Numbered from the stretch's first letter, positions 7,971-17,037 are shown. The stretch: DNA of 64,000 bases from an uncultured Gammaproteobacteria bacterium (GCA_964523905.1 CAZFYQ010000002.1:66177-130176), one strand, 5' to 3'. Program-made: numbers and translations. The notes: a model not told the origin generated them from the letters alone.

Positions 7971-8318
7971 ATGCTTTTGCTAATTGATACTAAAGACCAG
8001 AAAAAGGTCACGGTTTCTTTAAAGGAAAACGGGAAAGATATTAAATCCTTAAGTAAAGAAAACGAATTTGGCTCGCAGGTTTTATTACCGATAATAATAG
8101 AATTGTTATCACGCACAAAGAAAACTAAAAATCCCGAGGTGGCATCGGGAATCAACCTCCGAGGTGGGATATGGAAAGTGATTGATGAGATAGAAGTAGA
8201 AACTGGTCCGGGTTCTTTTACCGGTCTACGTGTAGGTGTATCAGTAGCAAACTCCCTAGGTTACTCTTTGGGAATTCCGGTTAACGAAAAAAAGCTCGAG
8301 TCCGATTTGGTATACTGA
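7971..8318 (+). CDS. tsaB: Miniature TsaB (t6A biosynthesis; N-terminal domain only)
   Basis: LLIDT, SQVLLP, GPGSFTGLRVGVSVAN.L motifs in only 115 aa. Confidence 0.9.
   Translation: MLLLIDTKDQKKVTVSLKENGKDIKSLSKENEFGSQVLLPIIIELLSRTKKTKNPEVASGINLRGGIWKVIDEIEVETGPGSFTGLRVGVSVANSLGYSLGIPVNEKKLESDLVY
8131..8170. repeat. Palindromic element inside tsaB
   Basis: ATCCCGAGGTGGCATCGGGAATCAACCTCCGAGGTGGGAT contains CCGAGGTGG twice and two hairpins; ACCTCCGAGGTGG matches ACCTCCCAGGTGG (7323-7335) at 12/13. Confidence 0.6.
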
Positions 8319-8322
8319 TTAA

Positions 8323-9198
8323 ATGCAGTGGCATAAGTGGTTTATACCCCATCGTGATACTCATCAAAAAGCTCACCTACTTTCCTGGCAGGCCATGCTG
8401 GTGTATGTGCTGGTGTTTATCCTAATCCAAGTTAGTTTTTCCGTTGTTTCCTATACTAAGCCCGGAGTTTTGGGAATTACTGCTAATTTAGATCAAAAAC
8501 AACTTATTGCCCTAACCAACGTGGAACGCGCTAAGAAAGGTCTACCTCCCTTAACCGAAAATGATGCTTTGGATAAGGCAGCTGCCTTGAAAGCCCAAAA
8601 TATGTTCGCCGAAAATTACTGGGCTCATTTTGCACCAAGCGGGAAGACCCCTTGGGATTTTATTTTAGGTGCCGGGTATAAATTTACTTTTGCCGGAGAA
8701 AACCTAGCCAAAAATTTCTATAGTTCCCCGGAAGTAGTAAATGCCTGGATGAATTCCCCAACTCATCGGGATAATTTGTTAAATGGAAGTTACAAAGACA
8801 TTGGTATTGCCATTGCTGAAGGTACTTTAAATGGCCAAAAAACTACTTTAGTGGTGCAGGAATTTGGTACTACTGATTTTATTGCTCAAAAGCCGGCGGT
8901 TTCAGTCCAAGGTAAAAGTGTGGCAGTGCCGGATGCTGATTTAGCTTCTACTAAGCCGGCTTTGGCACCACCAACAGTAGAAGCGGCCACTACTCAGCCT
9001 TTGTTTGATCCGTTTAAATTCTCTAAATACGCCGGATATACCATTATTACAATGCTAGTGGTGTTACTTTTGGTAGATATGTGGGTACTCAGGAGACGGG
9101 GAGTATTTAGACTGTCATCTCATCATATTGCCCATATGGCAATTTTGGGACTGGCTGCCGGATCGTTATTTTTAGCCACACCAGGAGTTGTTCTATGA
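8323..9198 (+). CDS. CAP (SCP/YkwD-like) domain membrane protein
   Basis: LTNVER, LDKAAALKAQNM, YWAH.AP.G, AGENLA, AWMNSPTHRDNLL; TM helices at both ends. Confidence 0.9.
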   Translation: MQWHKWFIPHRDTHQKAHLLSWQAMLVYVLVFILIQVSFSVVSYTKPGVLGITANLDQKQLIALTNVERAKKGLPPLTENDALDKAAALKAQNMFAENYWAHFAPSGKTPWDFILGAGYKFTFAGENLAKNFYSSPEVVNAWMNSPTHRDNLLNGSYKDIGIAIAEGTLNGQKTTLVVQEFGTTDFIAQKPAVSVQGKSVAVPDADLASTKPALAPPTVEAATTQPLFDPFKFSKYAGYTIITMLVVLLLVDMWVLRRRGVFRLSSHHIAHMAILGLAAGSLFLATPGVVL

Positions 9199-9353
9199 TA
9201 TTAATAAAACTGTTACTAGCAGGAGTGTTATTATATTTAGCCTTTGCCCTGAGGCATCATAAAAAAACCAAAAGTTTGACTTTGGAAATCCTTTTGGAGT
9301 ATCTTTTAATCTCTGCCCTGGTGTTAGTTATTCTTATGGGAGCTTTAACTTAA
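9195..9353 (+). CDS. Small 52-aa two-TM membrane protein
   Basis: Not in the track. MILIKLLLAGVLLYLAFALRHHKKTKSLTLEILLEYLLISALVLVILMGALT; ATGA overlap with the CAP gene, and its stop abuts the rmlA ATG. Confidence 0.7.
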   Translation: MILIKLLLAGVLLYLAFALRHHKKTKSLTLEILLEYLLISALVLVILMGALT

Positions 9354-10385
9354 ATGAAAGGAATTATTCCAACCGGTGGTCGTGGTACCAGAATGCGACC
9401 ACTAACTTTTTCAACTAATAAACATTTTATCCCGGTTGCCAACAAGCCCTTAATTTTTTATCCAATAGAAACAGTAGCTGATGCCGGGATTAAAGAAATT
9501 GGCATTACCTATAATCCAGGATATCTGGAAGAGGTTAAGTCGATGCTAGGAGATGGTTCCAGATGGGGTTTAAAGATTACTTATGTGCTGCAGGAAGATC
9601 CTAAAGGTCTGGCCAATATTTTCCAGGTCTGTGAAGAATATTTAAACGGGGAATCATTTGTCATGCATCTGGGAGACAATATTTTTGTGGATGGAATCTC
9701 TGATTTAGTTTCTCATTTTGAGAAAAACAAACCAGAAGGACTGGTGGCCATGGTTCATCATAAAGAAAACACCCGTTTGGGTGTGCCATATTTTGATGAA
9801 GACGGTCATTTGGTGAAGTATGTTGAAAAACCGGAAAATCCACCTCATGATTTTGCTATTCCAGGCATTTATTTTTTCAGCTCCGTGGTTTTTCGCTGTT
9901 TTAAAGGAGCAGGCGCAATTAAACCATCTCCCAGAGGTGAATATGAAATCAGCGCGCCTTTTCAGTGGTTAATTGACCATGGTTTTAAAGTGGATGTTTT
10001 AGAATATAAAGGTAAATGGCTTGATCCGGGAAAAGTGGATGATTGGTTGGAAGCTAATGAATACATTTTAGGAAAGAATTTAGGGGACAAAGTCCAGCAA
10101 GGTAAAAATACCAAAGTGCGAAATTCCAAAATCACCGGGCCGGTAATACTGGGTGATAATGTGATCATTGAGAATTCAGAAATTGGTCCATTTACTGCAG
10201 TTGGTGACGGCTGTGAAATCATTGGCAGTAAAGTGGGCAGGTCAGTACTAATGAATGGAGTAAGAATTAGTGGAGTTAAGGAACGCCCGGTTGAAAATAG
10301 TTTAATTGGTACTGATACAGAGATAGTAGGTGATGGGGGTAAAACTGAGCTTTTTGTGGGAGAAAAGTGTAAAATTCAACTATGA
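9354..10385 (+). CDS. rmlA: Glucose-1-phosphate thymidylyltransferase (long form with C-terminal beta-helix)
   Basis: GGRGTRMRPLT..NKH..PVANKP, LGDN, EKP, S.RGEYEI, WLDPG; hexapeptide C-terminus. Confidence 0.9.
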   Translation: MKGIIPTGGRGTRMRPLTFSTNKHFIPVANKPLIFYPIETVADAGIKEIGITYNPGYLEEVKSMLGDGSRWGLKITYVLQEDPKGLANIFQVCEEYLNGESFVMHLGDNIFVDGISDLVSHFEKNKPEGLVAMVHHKENTRLGVPYFDEDGHLVKYVEKPENPPHDFAIPGIYFFSSVVFRCFKGAGAIKPSPRGEYEISAPFQWLIDHGFKVDVLEYKGKWLDPGKVDDWLEANEYILGKNLGDKVQQGKNTKVRNSKITGPVILGDNVIIENSEIGPFTAVGDGCEIIGSKVGRSVLMNGVRISGVKERPVENSLIGTDTEIVGDGGKTELFVGEKCKIQL

Positions 10386-11386
10386 AGCTTCTAGTAACAG
10401 GCGGAGCCGGTTTTATTGGCTCTAATTTTATTCATTATTGGTTAAAAAAACACCCGGATGATCAGATTGTTAATCTTGATGCGTTAACTTATGCGGGTCA
10501 TTTAGAGTCGCTTAAGGATATTAAAGATAACCCCAACTACCAGTTTATTGAAGGTAGTATTACAAATTCTGAAGATGTAAAAAATGCCATGACCGGAGTA
10601 GATTTAGTAGTTCACTTTGCTGCTGAATCTCATGTGGATCGGTCAATTATAGATCCACTGGCTTTTGTTAAAACCAATGTTTTGGGAACTGCAGAGTTAC
10701 TTAATGCTGCCTTAAATGCCAAGGTAAAACGATTTCACCATATCAGTACTGATGAAGTTTTTGGAGAACTTGGTCCTAATGATCCCGCTTTTAATGAAAA
10801 TAGTCCATATAAAGGTCGTACGCCCTATGCTAGCTCAAAAGCAGGGTCAGATTTGTTAGTAAGAGCTTATTTTGAAACTTATGGACTGCCAGTGACTATT
10901 ACTAATTGTGCCAATAATTTTGGGCCATTTCATGATCCGGAAAAATTATTTCCCAGATTTATTACCAATTTATTAGAAAATAAAAAAGTGCCTTTAATGG
11001 GAAAAGGAGAAAACATAAGACCTTGGTTATATGTCGAAGATCATTGTCGAGGGATTGAGCTAGTAATTGAAAAAGGGGAACTGGGGGAAACCTATTGTAT
11101 CGGTGGTGAAGAACAAACTAATTTAGAGGTGACCCAAAAAATAATTAAACTATTAGGAAAAGATGAAAGTTTTATAGAGTATGTCGAACATCGTTTAGGT
11201 CATGATTTCCGTTATGCCCTGGATAGTTCTAAAATTATGGCATTGGGTTGGAAACCAGAGCATAATTTTGATGAATGGTTAGAAAAAACAGTAGAGTGGT
11301 ATAAACAAAATGAATGGTGGTGGAAACCGCTTAAAGAGGGTCGGCCAAATGTAGATGCTTCGGCCCAAAAATCTTATGCAAAATAA
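10382..11386 (+). CDS. rmlB: dTDP-glucose 4,6-dehydratase
   Basis: GGAGFIGSNF, DALTYAG, HFAAESHVDRSI, HISTDEVFG, YASSK, R.GHDFRY. Confidence 0.95.
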   Translation: MKLLVTGGAGFIGSNFIHYWLKKHPDDQIVNLDALTYAGHLESLKDIKDNPNYQFIEGSITNSEDVKNAMTGVDLVVHFAAESHVDRSIIDPLAFVKTNVLGTAELLNAALNAKVKRFHHISTDEVFGELGPNDPAFNENSPYKGRTPYASSKAGSDLLVRAYFETYGLPVTITNCANNFGPFHDPEKLFPRFITNLLENKKVPLMGKGENIRPWLYVEDHCRGIELVIEKGELGETYCIGGEEQTNLEVTQKIIKLLGKDESFIEYVEHRLGHDFRYALDSSKIMALGWKPEHNFDEWLEKTVEWYKQNEWWWKPLKEGRPNVDASAQKSYAK

Positions 11387-11918
11387 CTATATTAAAGAAA
11401 CTTCTATTCCAGGTTTATTAATTTTAGAACGACCGATTCATCAGGATGACCGCGGATTTTTCCGGGAACTGTTTCATTTAGATGAGTTAGAAGAAGCATC
11501 CGGAATTTCTTTTAAAGCAATTCAAATGAATCATTCTCATTCCGAGCCGGGAGTGCTTCGGGGAATCCATGCGGAGCAGTGGAATAAAATTATCTATCCG
11601 ATAAATGGAGCAGCCTTTTTAGCAATTGTTGATATTCGTCCTGACTCCCCTACTTTTAAAAAGGTGGAAACTTTTAATATTAATGACAATAACCGGATTG
11701 GTTTATTTATTCCCAATGGTTTGGCAAATTCTGTTTGCGTCACAGGTAAAACCGCTGTTGATTATGTTTATTTGGTAGATGCCTACTGGGATGGTTCTGA
11801 TACACGGGCCATTGCCTGGGATGATCCGGAGTTAAATATTGATTGGCCGATTAAAAATCCGATTCTGTCAGAAAGGGATAAGAATAACCCTAGACTTAGG
11901 GATTTATTTCCGCTATAG
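11376..11918 (+). CDS. rmlC: dTDP-4-dehydrorhamnose 3,5-epimerase
   Basis: D.RGFFRE, NHS.S..GVLRGIH, VDIRPDSPTF, WDDPELNIDWP, LSERD; likely start ATG 11376. Confidence 0.92.
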   Translation: MQNNYIKETSIPGLLILERPIHQDDRGFFRELFHLDELEEASGISFKAIQMNHSHSEPGVLRGIHAEQWNKIIYPINGAAFLAIVDIRPDSPTFKKVETFNINDNNRIGLFIPNGLANSVCVTGKTAVDYVYLVDAYWDGSDTRAIAWDDPELNIDWPIKNPILSERDKNNPRLRDLFPL

Positions 11919-11927
11919 TATTTGAAA

Positions 11928-12938
11928 ATGGCTAAACGAGCTTTTATTACCGGTATCTCCGGACAAGACGGATCTTATCTTTCAGAATTGCTACTGGATA
12001 AGGGTTATGAAGTAGGTGGTTTAATGCGCCGCAATGCGGTGGGGGAATTGGGTAACATTGAACACATTAAAGAAGACATCAAGATCTATTATGGTGATTT
12101 ACAGTCTCCTGAATCAATTGCCTTGGCTTTGGTAGATTTTAAACCGGACGAAGTTTATAATTTGGCTTCCCTGTCATCCCCTTTTGCTTCTTTTAGCGAT
12201 CGATTTGCCTCAATTATGATTACTGGCGTGGGGGCTTTACATGTTTTTGAAAGAGCAAAACAAATTGTCCCGGAGGCTAAAATTTATCAGGCTTCCACCT
12301 CAGAAATGTTTGGTGCTCCTAAAAATATTCCTCAAGATGAAAATACACCGTTTAATCCAGCCAATCCATATGCAGCTTCTAAAGAATTTGCCCACCGGAT
12401 GGCAGTAATTTCCCGTCATGATAAAAAATCTCCCCAGTTTATTTCCTGTGGAATTTTGTTTAATCATGAATCACCCAGACGCGGTATTAATTTTGTCACC
12501 AGAAAAATAACTGCTGCAGTGGCTTGTATAAAAAATAATAAAAAAGAGGGAATTCCCTTAAATGAACTGGGAGACCCGATTATAAAAGACGGTAAATTAA
12601 AGTTGGGTGATTTAACTGCCAAAAGAGACTGGGGATTTTCTCCGGATTATGTGGAAGCAATGTGGTTGATGTTACAGCAAGACAAACCAGATGATTTTGT
12701 AGTTGCTACTGGTGAAATCCATACAGTGGGAGAATTTGCCAAAGAAGCTTTTGCAGTGGTGGGGCTTGATGCTGACGATTACATTGTAACTGATCCTAGT
12801 TTTGTGCCACCGGTTGCAACTGGCCCTCTTTGTGGAGATGCGTCTAAAGCTAAAAAGGTTTTGGGTTGGGAGTCAAAAACTAAGTTTCAAGATTTGGTAA
12901 AAATAATGGTCCATTCAGATTTAGCCAAATTCTCCTAA
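11928..12938 (+). CDS. gmd: GDP-mannose 4,6-dehydratase
   Basis: ITGISGQDGSYL, YQASTSEMFG, PYAASK, GILFNHESPRRG.NFVTRKI, RDWG..DYVEAMWLMLQQD.PDD. Confidence 0.92.
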   Translation: MAKRAFITGISGQDGSYLSELLLDKGYEVGGLMRRNAVGELGNIEHIKEDIKIYYGDLQSPESIALALVDFKPDEVYNLASLSSPFASFSDRFASIMITGVGALHVFERAKQIVPEAKIYQASTSEMFGAPKNIPQDENTPFNPANPYAASKEFAHRMAVISRHDKKSPQFISCGILFNHESPRRGINFVTRKITAAVACIKNNKKEGIPLNELGDPIIKDGKLKLGDLTAKRDWGFSPDYVEAMWLMLQQDKPDDFVVATGEIHTVGEFAKEAFAVVGLDADDYIVTDPSFVPPVATGPLCGDASKAKKVLGWESKTKFQDLVKIMVHSDLAKFS

Positions 12939-12943
12939 GTATC

Positions 12944-12972
12944 TTGTAAAAATCTTTCTGTTTACTTATAAT
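12944..12972 (+). promoter_or_regulatory. Sigma70-type promoter TTGTAA-N17-TATAAT
   Basis: TTGTAA at 12944-12949, 17-nt spacer, TATAAT at 12967-12972. Confidence 0.65.
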
Positions 12973-12973
12973 C

Positions 12974-13101
12974 GTAGCAGAAAATCCTGCTTTCTTAAAG
13001 CAGGATTGAATGCAAGATTACAGTCTTCCGTGGACATTGCAATTTCTGCTACTTCTTGTAAACTTAAGAAGACCGCTGACTTTCAGTCCGCGGAAGTTTA
13101 T
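12974..13101 (+). mobile_element. IS200/IS605-end-like non-autonomous element (PATE/MITE) or structured RNA
   Basis: Left hairpin AATCCTGCTTT-CTT-AAAGCAGGATT and right AAGAAGACCGCTGACTTTCAGTCCGCGGAAGTTTAT resemble IS200/IS605 subterminal hairpins; additional long-range pairings; no transposase. Confidence 0.55.
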
Positions 13102-13112
13102 ACTCGATCAAT

Positions 13113-14297
13113 ATGAAAAAAGTCTCAGTAGTGCTTCCTACATATAATGAAAAAGCCAACCTAGAATCGACCATTAACAAGATTTTTGCCCAGGAAAAGA
13201 ATTTACCAGGTTGGGAAATGCATATTATCGTCGCTGATGATATCCGATCTTCTGATGGTACAGACCTGATTGCCAAAAAGTTAGCAGCAAAAAATCCCCG
13301 GATTCATTTAATCAAAGTTGAACCGGGTTTAGGAGTTGGTTTAATTAAAGGGCACCAATATGCTATCGAGCATATTCATCCGGATGTGCTAGCACAACTG
13401 GATGCTGACGGTCAGGTAGAGGCAGATGTAGTAGTGCGCTTGGTCAAAGGAGTAGATCAGGGCTATGATTTTGTAATTGGTTCCCGGCATGTAGAAGGTG
13501 GAAAGAATAATTTAAGCTTGTCTCGCAGAATTTTTACTTTGGGGTCTTCCTGGGTTTGCCGGATTTTAATGGGACCAATGAATGTTAAAGAATTTTCCAA
13601 CTCGGCCAGGGCTTTTACACCGGCAATTTTTAATAAACTTAATTTAGATCGGCTTCCTTGGAAAGAAACCACTTTTATTGTCCAGCCGGCTTTTTTACAT
13701 GAAATGATGCTGGCAGGTGCTAAATATAAAGAAGTGCCCTTAATCTTTAAAAATCGTTTGGAAGGATATTCTAAAAACAAAGTTTTAAATTACACGTATG
13801 ACACCATTACTTATTGTTTTGATGCTTTTTTACACAGACTAGGTATTAATTTTCCTTTTTATAAATTTACTCATCGGATCAAAACCTTTGTTAAGTTTGC
13901 TATGGTTGGACTAATGGGCACGATTATTGATTTTTTGTTCTATAAAATTTTTATTAGGGCATTTGGACTGCCTCCGGCTACTTCCAAGGGATTCTCGGCT
14001 GAAATTGCCATCCTTTGTAATTTTGTCTTAAATAATTCCTGGACTTTTAAACATCGCAAAACCAAAACTAACACTTGGCAGAAACTGGGTATTTATAATT
14101 TGGTTAGTTTAGGAGGGTTAATAATTGGAGTATTCGTAGTTAAATATCTGCATAATCTTTATGGGGACGGTTCAATTCCTTTATTTGGTCATCCAGTGGC
14201 TTACAATAACTTTTACTTTTTAGCCACCATTCCTCCGGTGATGGTTTGGAACTTTGTAGTTAACCACTTTGTTACCTGGCGCCATCACAAGGAATGA
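13113..14297 (+). CDS. GT2 polyprenyl-phosphate sugar synthase fused to GtrA-like flippase domain
   Basis: VVLPTYNE, S.DGT, LDADGQ, VIGSR.V.GG, EVP..F.NR..G.SK; C-terminal KFAMVG..GT..D, NF.LN..WTF and WNF.VN..VTW (GtrA). Confidence 0.9.
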   Translation: MKKVSVVLPTYNEKANLESTINKIFAQEKNLPGWEMHIIVADDIRSSDGTDLIAKKLAAKNPRIHLIKVEPGLGVGLIKGHQYAIEHIHPDVLAQLDADGQVEADVVVRLVKGVDQGYDFVIGSRHVEGGKNNLSLSRRIFTLGSSWVCRILMGPMNVKEFSNSARAFTPAIFNKLNLDRLPWKETTFIVQPAFLHEMMLAGAKYKEVPLIFKNRLEGYSKNKVLNYTYDTITYCFDAFLHRLGINFPFYKFTHRIKTFVKFAMVGLMGTIIDFLFYKIFIRAFGLPPATSKGFSAEIAILCNFVLNNSWTFKHRKTKTNTWQKLGIYNLVSLGGLIIGVFVVKYLHNLYGDGSIPLFGHPVAYNNFYFLATIPPVMVWNFVVNHFVTWRHHKE

Positions 14298-15412
14298 AAC
14301 TGCTTTTGATTTCCATTCCGGGAATTTTACTAATTAGTTTACTGGTTAGTGCACTTTTTCCACTACAATATCAGCCCCAGCCACTTTTTTTATCCGAATT
14401 AATAAATCATTCTCTTGGTGTTCCTTGGCAAATAATGCCGCTGTTTTGGTTGGGTAATTTGATTGTGATTTTTCTAATTGGCAAGCAATTATTTAATCGA
14501 AAACTGGGGTTACTCAGCAGTTTGATTTATAGCATAACACCCTATTTTGCTTATCTAACAGTTGCCGGTTCTTTTTACCTATATTTAAGCTTTTGGTTTT
14601 TGTTGCTATATTACGCTTTGTTAAAATCTAAACAGGGAAATTTATTCAAAGCAGTAGTAGTGATTAGTGTGGCAATAATTTGTTTTAGCTCTTTGTTTGG
14701 AGTGGTTTTATTAACTGGAGTAGCTTTTCTTAATCAGTCACGAATTTTTCTTAAAAGCTTAGCAGTATCAATAATAATTTTAGCTGTCTTTTGTTCTTTA
14801 AATTTTGCCGCTTTTAAAAATATTGCCAGTAATCAGATTACTTTTTTAGCCGACCCGGCGGTTTATCACAATGTGGACATTTTTCAAGGTGAGTCAAAGG
14901 CAGCTGGATACAAAATTGTAAGTCGATTAGTGGAGAATAAATATTTATACATTAGTAAATATCTATTATTAAAATTTTTGACAAATATTAATCCTTTAAT
15001 CTTTTTTACTGCTCAGGAAAAAATGTTGGGATTTTCTTTTACACCGCCTTTTTATCTAGGTTTATTAATACCTTTTTTCTTTGGGCTTTATAAACTGTTA
15101 CAAACCAAACAGATCAAAAAGTTAATCCTACTTTCTGTTATTTTGACATTACCGTCATTTTTCGGACAGAGTTTAATTGATTTAAACCGGGTAGTAATTC
15201 TGGCTCCGGTAATATTATTTGTGATCATTTTTGGACTGTGGGAAATTTATCAAATTAAATCTTTTACCATAAAAAAAACTATCTTGGGGTTGATGATGCT
15301 AATGCTGATAGTGCAAGTCTTAAGCATGTGTTTCGATATTAGGATGAGGGAATATCCTCGTTTTTTAAGATATCAAAGTAACTTTTATAATTTTAGTTTA
15401 GGGAAACAATGA
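14294..15412 (+). CDS. GT-C-like (GT39/GT83-like) membrane protein lacking the N-terminal DE loop
   Basis: Multi-TM; LIGKQLFN...LIYSITP and RLVENKYLY...FLTNINPLIFF resemble neighbouring paralogs; no DE-xx-GY motif. Confidence 0.6.
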   Translation: MKLLLISIPGILLISLLVSALFPLQYQPQPLFLSELINHSLGVPWQIMPLFWLGNLIVIFLIGKQLFNRKLGLLSSLIYSITPYFAYLTVAGSFYLYLSFWFLLLYYALLKSKQGNLFKAVVVISVAIICFSSLFGVVLLTGVAFLNQSRIFLKSLAVSIIILAVFCSLNFAAFKNIASNQITFLADPAVYHNVDIFQGESKAAGYKIVSRLVENKYLYISKYLLLKFLTNINPLIFFTAQEKMLGFSFTPPFYLGLLIPFFFGLYKLLQTKQIKKLILLSVILTLPSFFGQSLIDLNRVVILAPVILFVIIFGLWEIYQIKSFTIKKTILGLMMLMLIVQVLSMCFDIRMREYPRFLRYQSNFYNFSLGKQ

Positions 15413-17037
15413 GTAAGCAATTGACTGTTTTAATACTAATTCTACTAACTTTGTTTGGTGGGTTTTTACGATTTTATAAAAACACGGAGAATCCCCCCGC
15501 ACTAAATATTGATGAAGTTTCTTTTGGTTATAGCGCTTATTCTATTTTAAAAACCGGCCGCGATGAAAATAATGTTTTTATGCCGGTATTCTTCAAATCC
15601 ACAGGAGATTATAAAAGTCCTGTTTTAACCTATTCATTGGTACCGGCGATTGCGGTATTTGGTTTAAATGAGTTTAGTGTCAGATTTACCACGGCTTTAG
15701 CAGGTACATTATCCATACCGGTATTTTTCCTTTTACTAATTACCTTACTCAAAAACCAAAAAATAGCTTTATACGGGACTATATTACTTACAATTTCTCC
15801 TTGGCATATTTATTATTCCAGGTATGCATCTGAAAGTGTGATTGGTATTTTTTTACTACTACTGGGGTTATGGTGCTTTCTGAAGATGTTTGAGGGAGGT
15901 AAATTCTGGGCAGTAGCAGCATCATTTATGCTTGCTTTATCAATGTATAGCTATCTTTCACCAAGATTATTTATTCCCTTATTTTTGCTGACTATTTTTC
16001 TAAACAAGGCCCGGCAATTAAAAGCTAAATCAGCAAATGTCTGGATATTTATTTTCACTATCCTAATATTAATTTCACCAATGGTCTTTTTGCTGATTTG
16101 GGGTGGTGCTAATAAAAGAGCCGGAATGGTTTTTCTATCTCAGGATATCGACTATACCAGATACGTCATACTTGATCATTCGCATCGTTTAGGTGAGAAT
16201 TTTTTACTATTTTTCTTCTGGGCTAAAAGATATTTAAATTACTTCCAACCGGATTTTTTATTCTCAACAGGATTGAATATGACTATGGCAGGTTCAGGAG
16301 GTTTAGGGGTGCTTTATCTTTTTGAATTACCATGGCTTTGTTTGGGGTTTTTAAAACTAGCTAAAAACAAATTTCCGGGTAAGTCAATTATTATCTATTG
16401 GATTTTACTAGGAATTATACCGGCAACTTTAGCAAATAATGAGCTTAGTTCATCGAGAACTATGTTAGTAGCGCCCGCACTAATTACAATAGTAGCAATC
16501 GGATTAAATTATTTCACAGAATTAATTACTTCAGTAAAAAAAACTGCCCTTAAGATAAGTATCATGCTAATCTATTCAATTTTTATATTAATCATTTTAC
16601 TTCAAGCAATATTAGTATTTGTGGTTCATTTTCCGATACAACAAGGCGAGGCATTCATGGAAGGCACCAAAGAGAGCGTGTTATATGCAATTAATAACAA
16701 GGATCAATACAAAGAAATAGTTTACGATCCTTTTCGGGGGATAGAGGCGCCTAATATTGTAAATATTCCCTATATGTATATTTTGTTTTATTCAAAATAT
16801 GATCCGGCCAAATTTCAAACCGAGCCAAAAATATCAATTAATGATTCCTTTCATTTTGATAAATACACCATCAGAAGTATTAACTGGAGAGAACATGCGG
16901 ACCGGGAAAGGAAAGGTACTTTATTTATTGGTAGCCCTTGGAGTTTACCGGAAAAGGATTTAAAAGATGCTAGGATTTTAAAGAAAATTTACTTAAGTAA
17001 TGGTAGCTTGGCTTTAATAATTGTCACACCCAATTAG
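15409..17037 (+). CDS. GT-C glycosyltransferase (PMT_2/ArnT-like)
   Basis: PPALNIDEVSFGYSAYSILKTGRDE...GDYKSP, FSVRF, ISPWHIYYSR, Y..YF.P.FLF. Confidence 0.85.
   Translation: MSKQLTVLILILLTLFGGFLRFYKNTENPPALNIDEVSFGYSAYSILKTGRDENNVFMPVFFKSTGDYKSPVLTYSLVPAIAVFGLNEFSVRFTTALAGTLSIPVFFLLLITLLKNQKIALYGTILLTISPWHIYYSRYASESVIGIFLLLLGLWCFLKMFEGGKFWAVAASFMLALSMYSYLSPRLFIPLFLLTIFLNKARQLKAKSANVWIFIFTILILISPMVFLLIWGGANKRAGMVFLSQDIDYTRYVILDHSHRLGENFLLFFFWAKRYLNYFQPDFLFSTGLNMTMAGSGGLGVLYLFELPWLCLGFLKLAKNKFPGKSIIIYWILLGIIPATLANNELSSSRTMLVAPALITIVAIGLNYFTELITSVKKTALKISIMLIYSIFILIILLQAILVFVVHFPIQQGEAFMEGTKESVLYAINNKDQYKEIVYDPFRGIEAPNIVNIPYMYILFYSKYDPAKFQTEPKISINDSFHFDKYTIRSINWREHADRERKGTLFIGSPWSLPEKDLKDARILKKIYLSNGSLALIIVTPN

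Noticed and set aside
12939-13112. tRNA, known riboswitch or CRISPR array
   Set aside because: There is no cloverleaf or T-loop, no recognisable aptamer consensus and no repeat-spacer periodicity.
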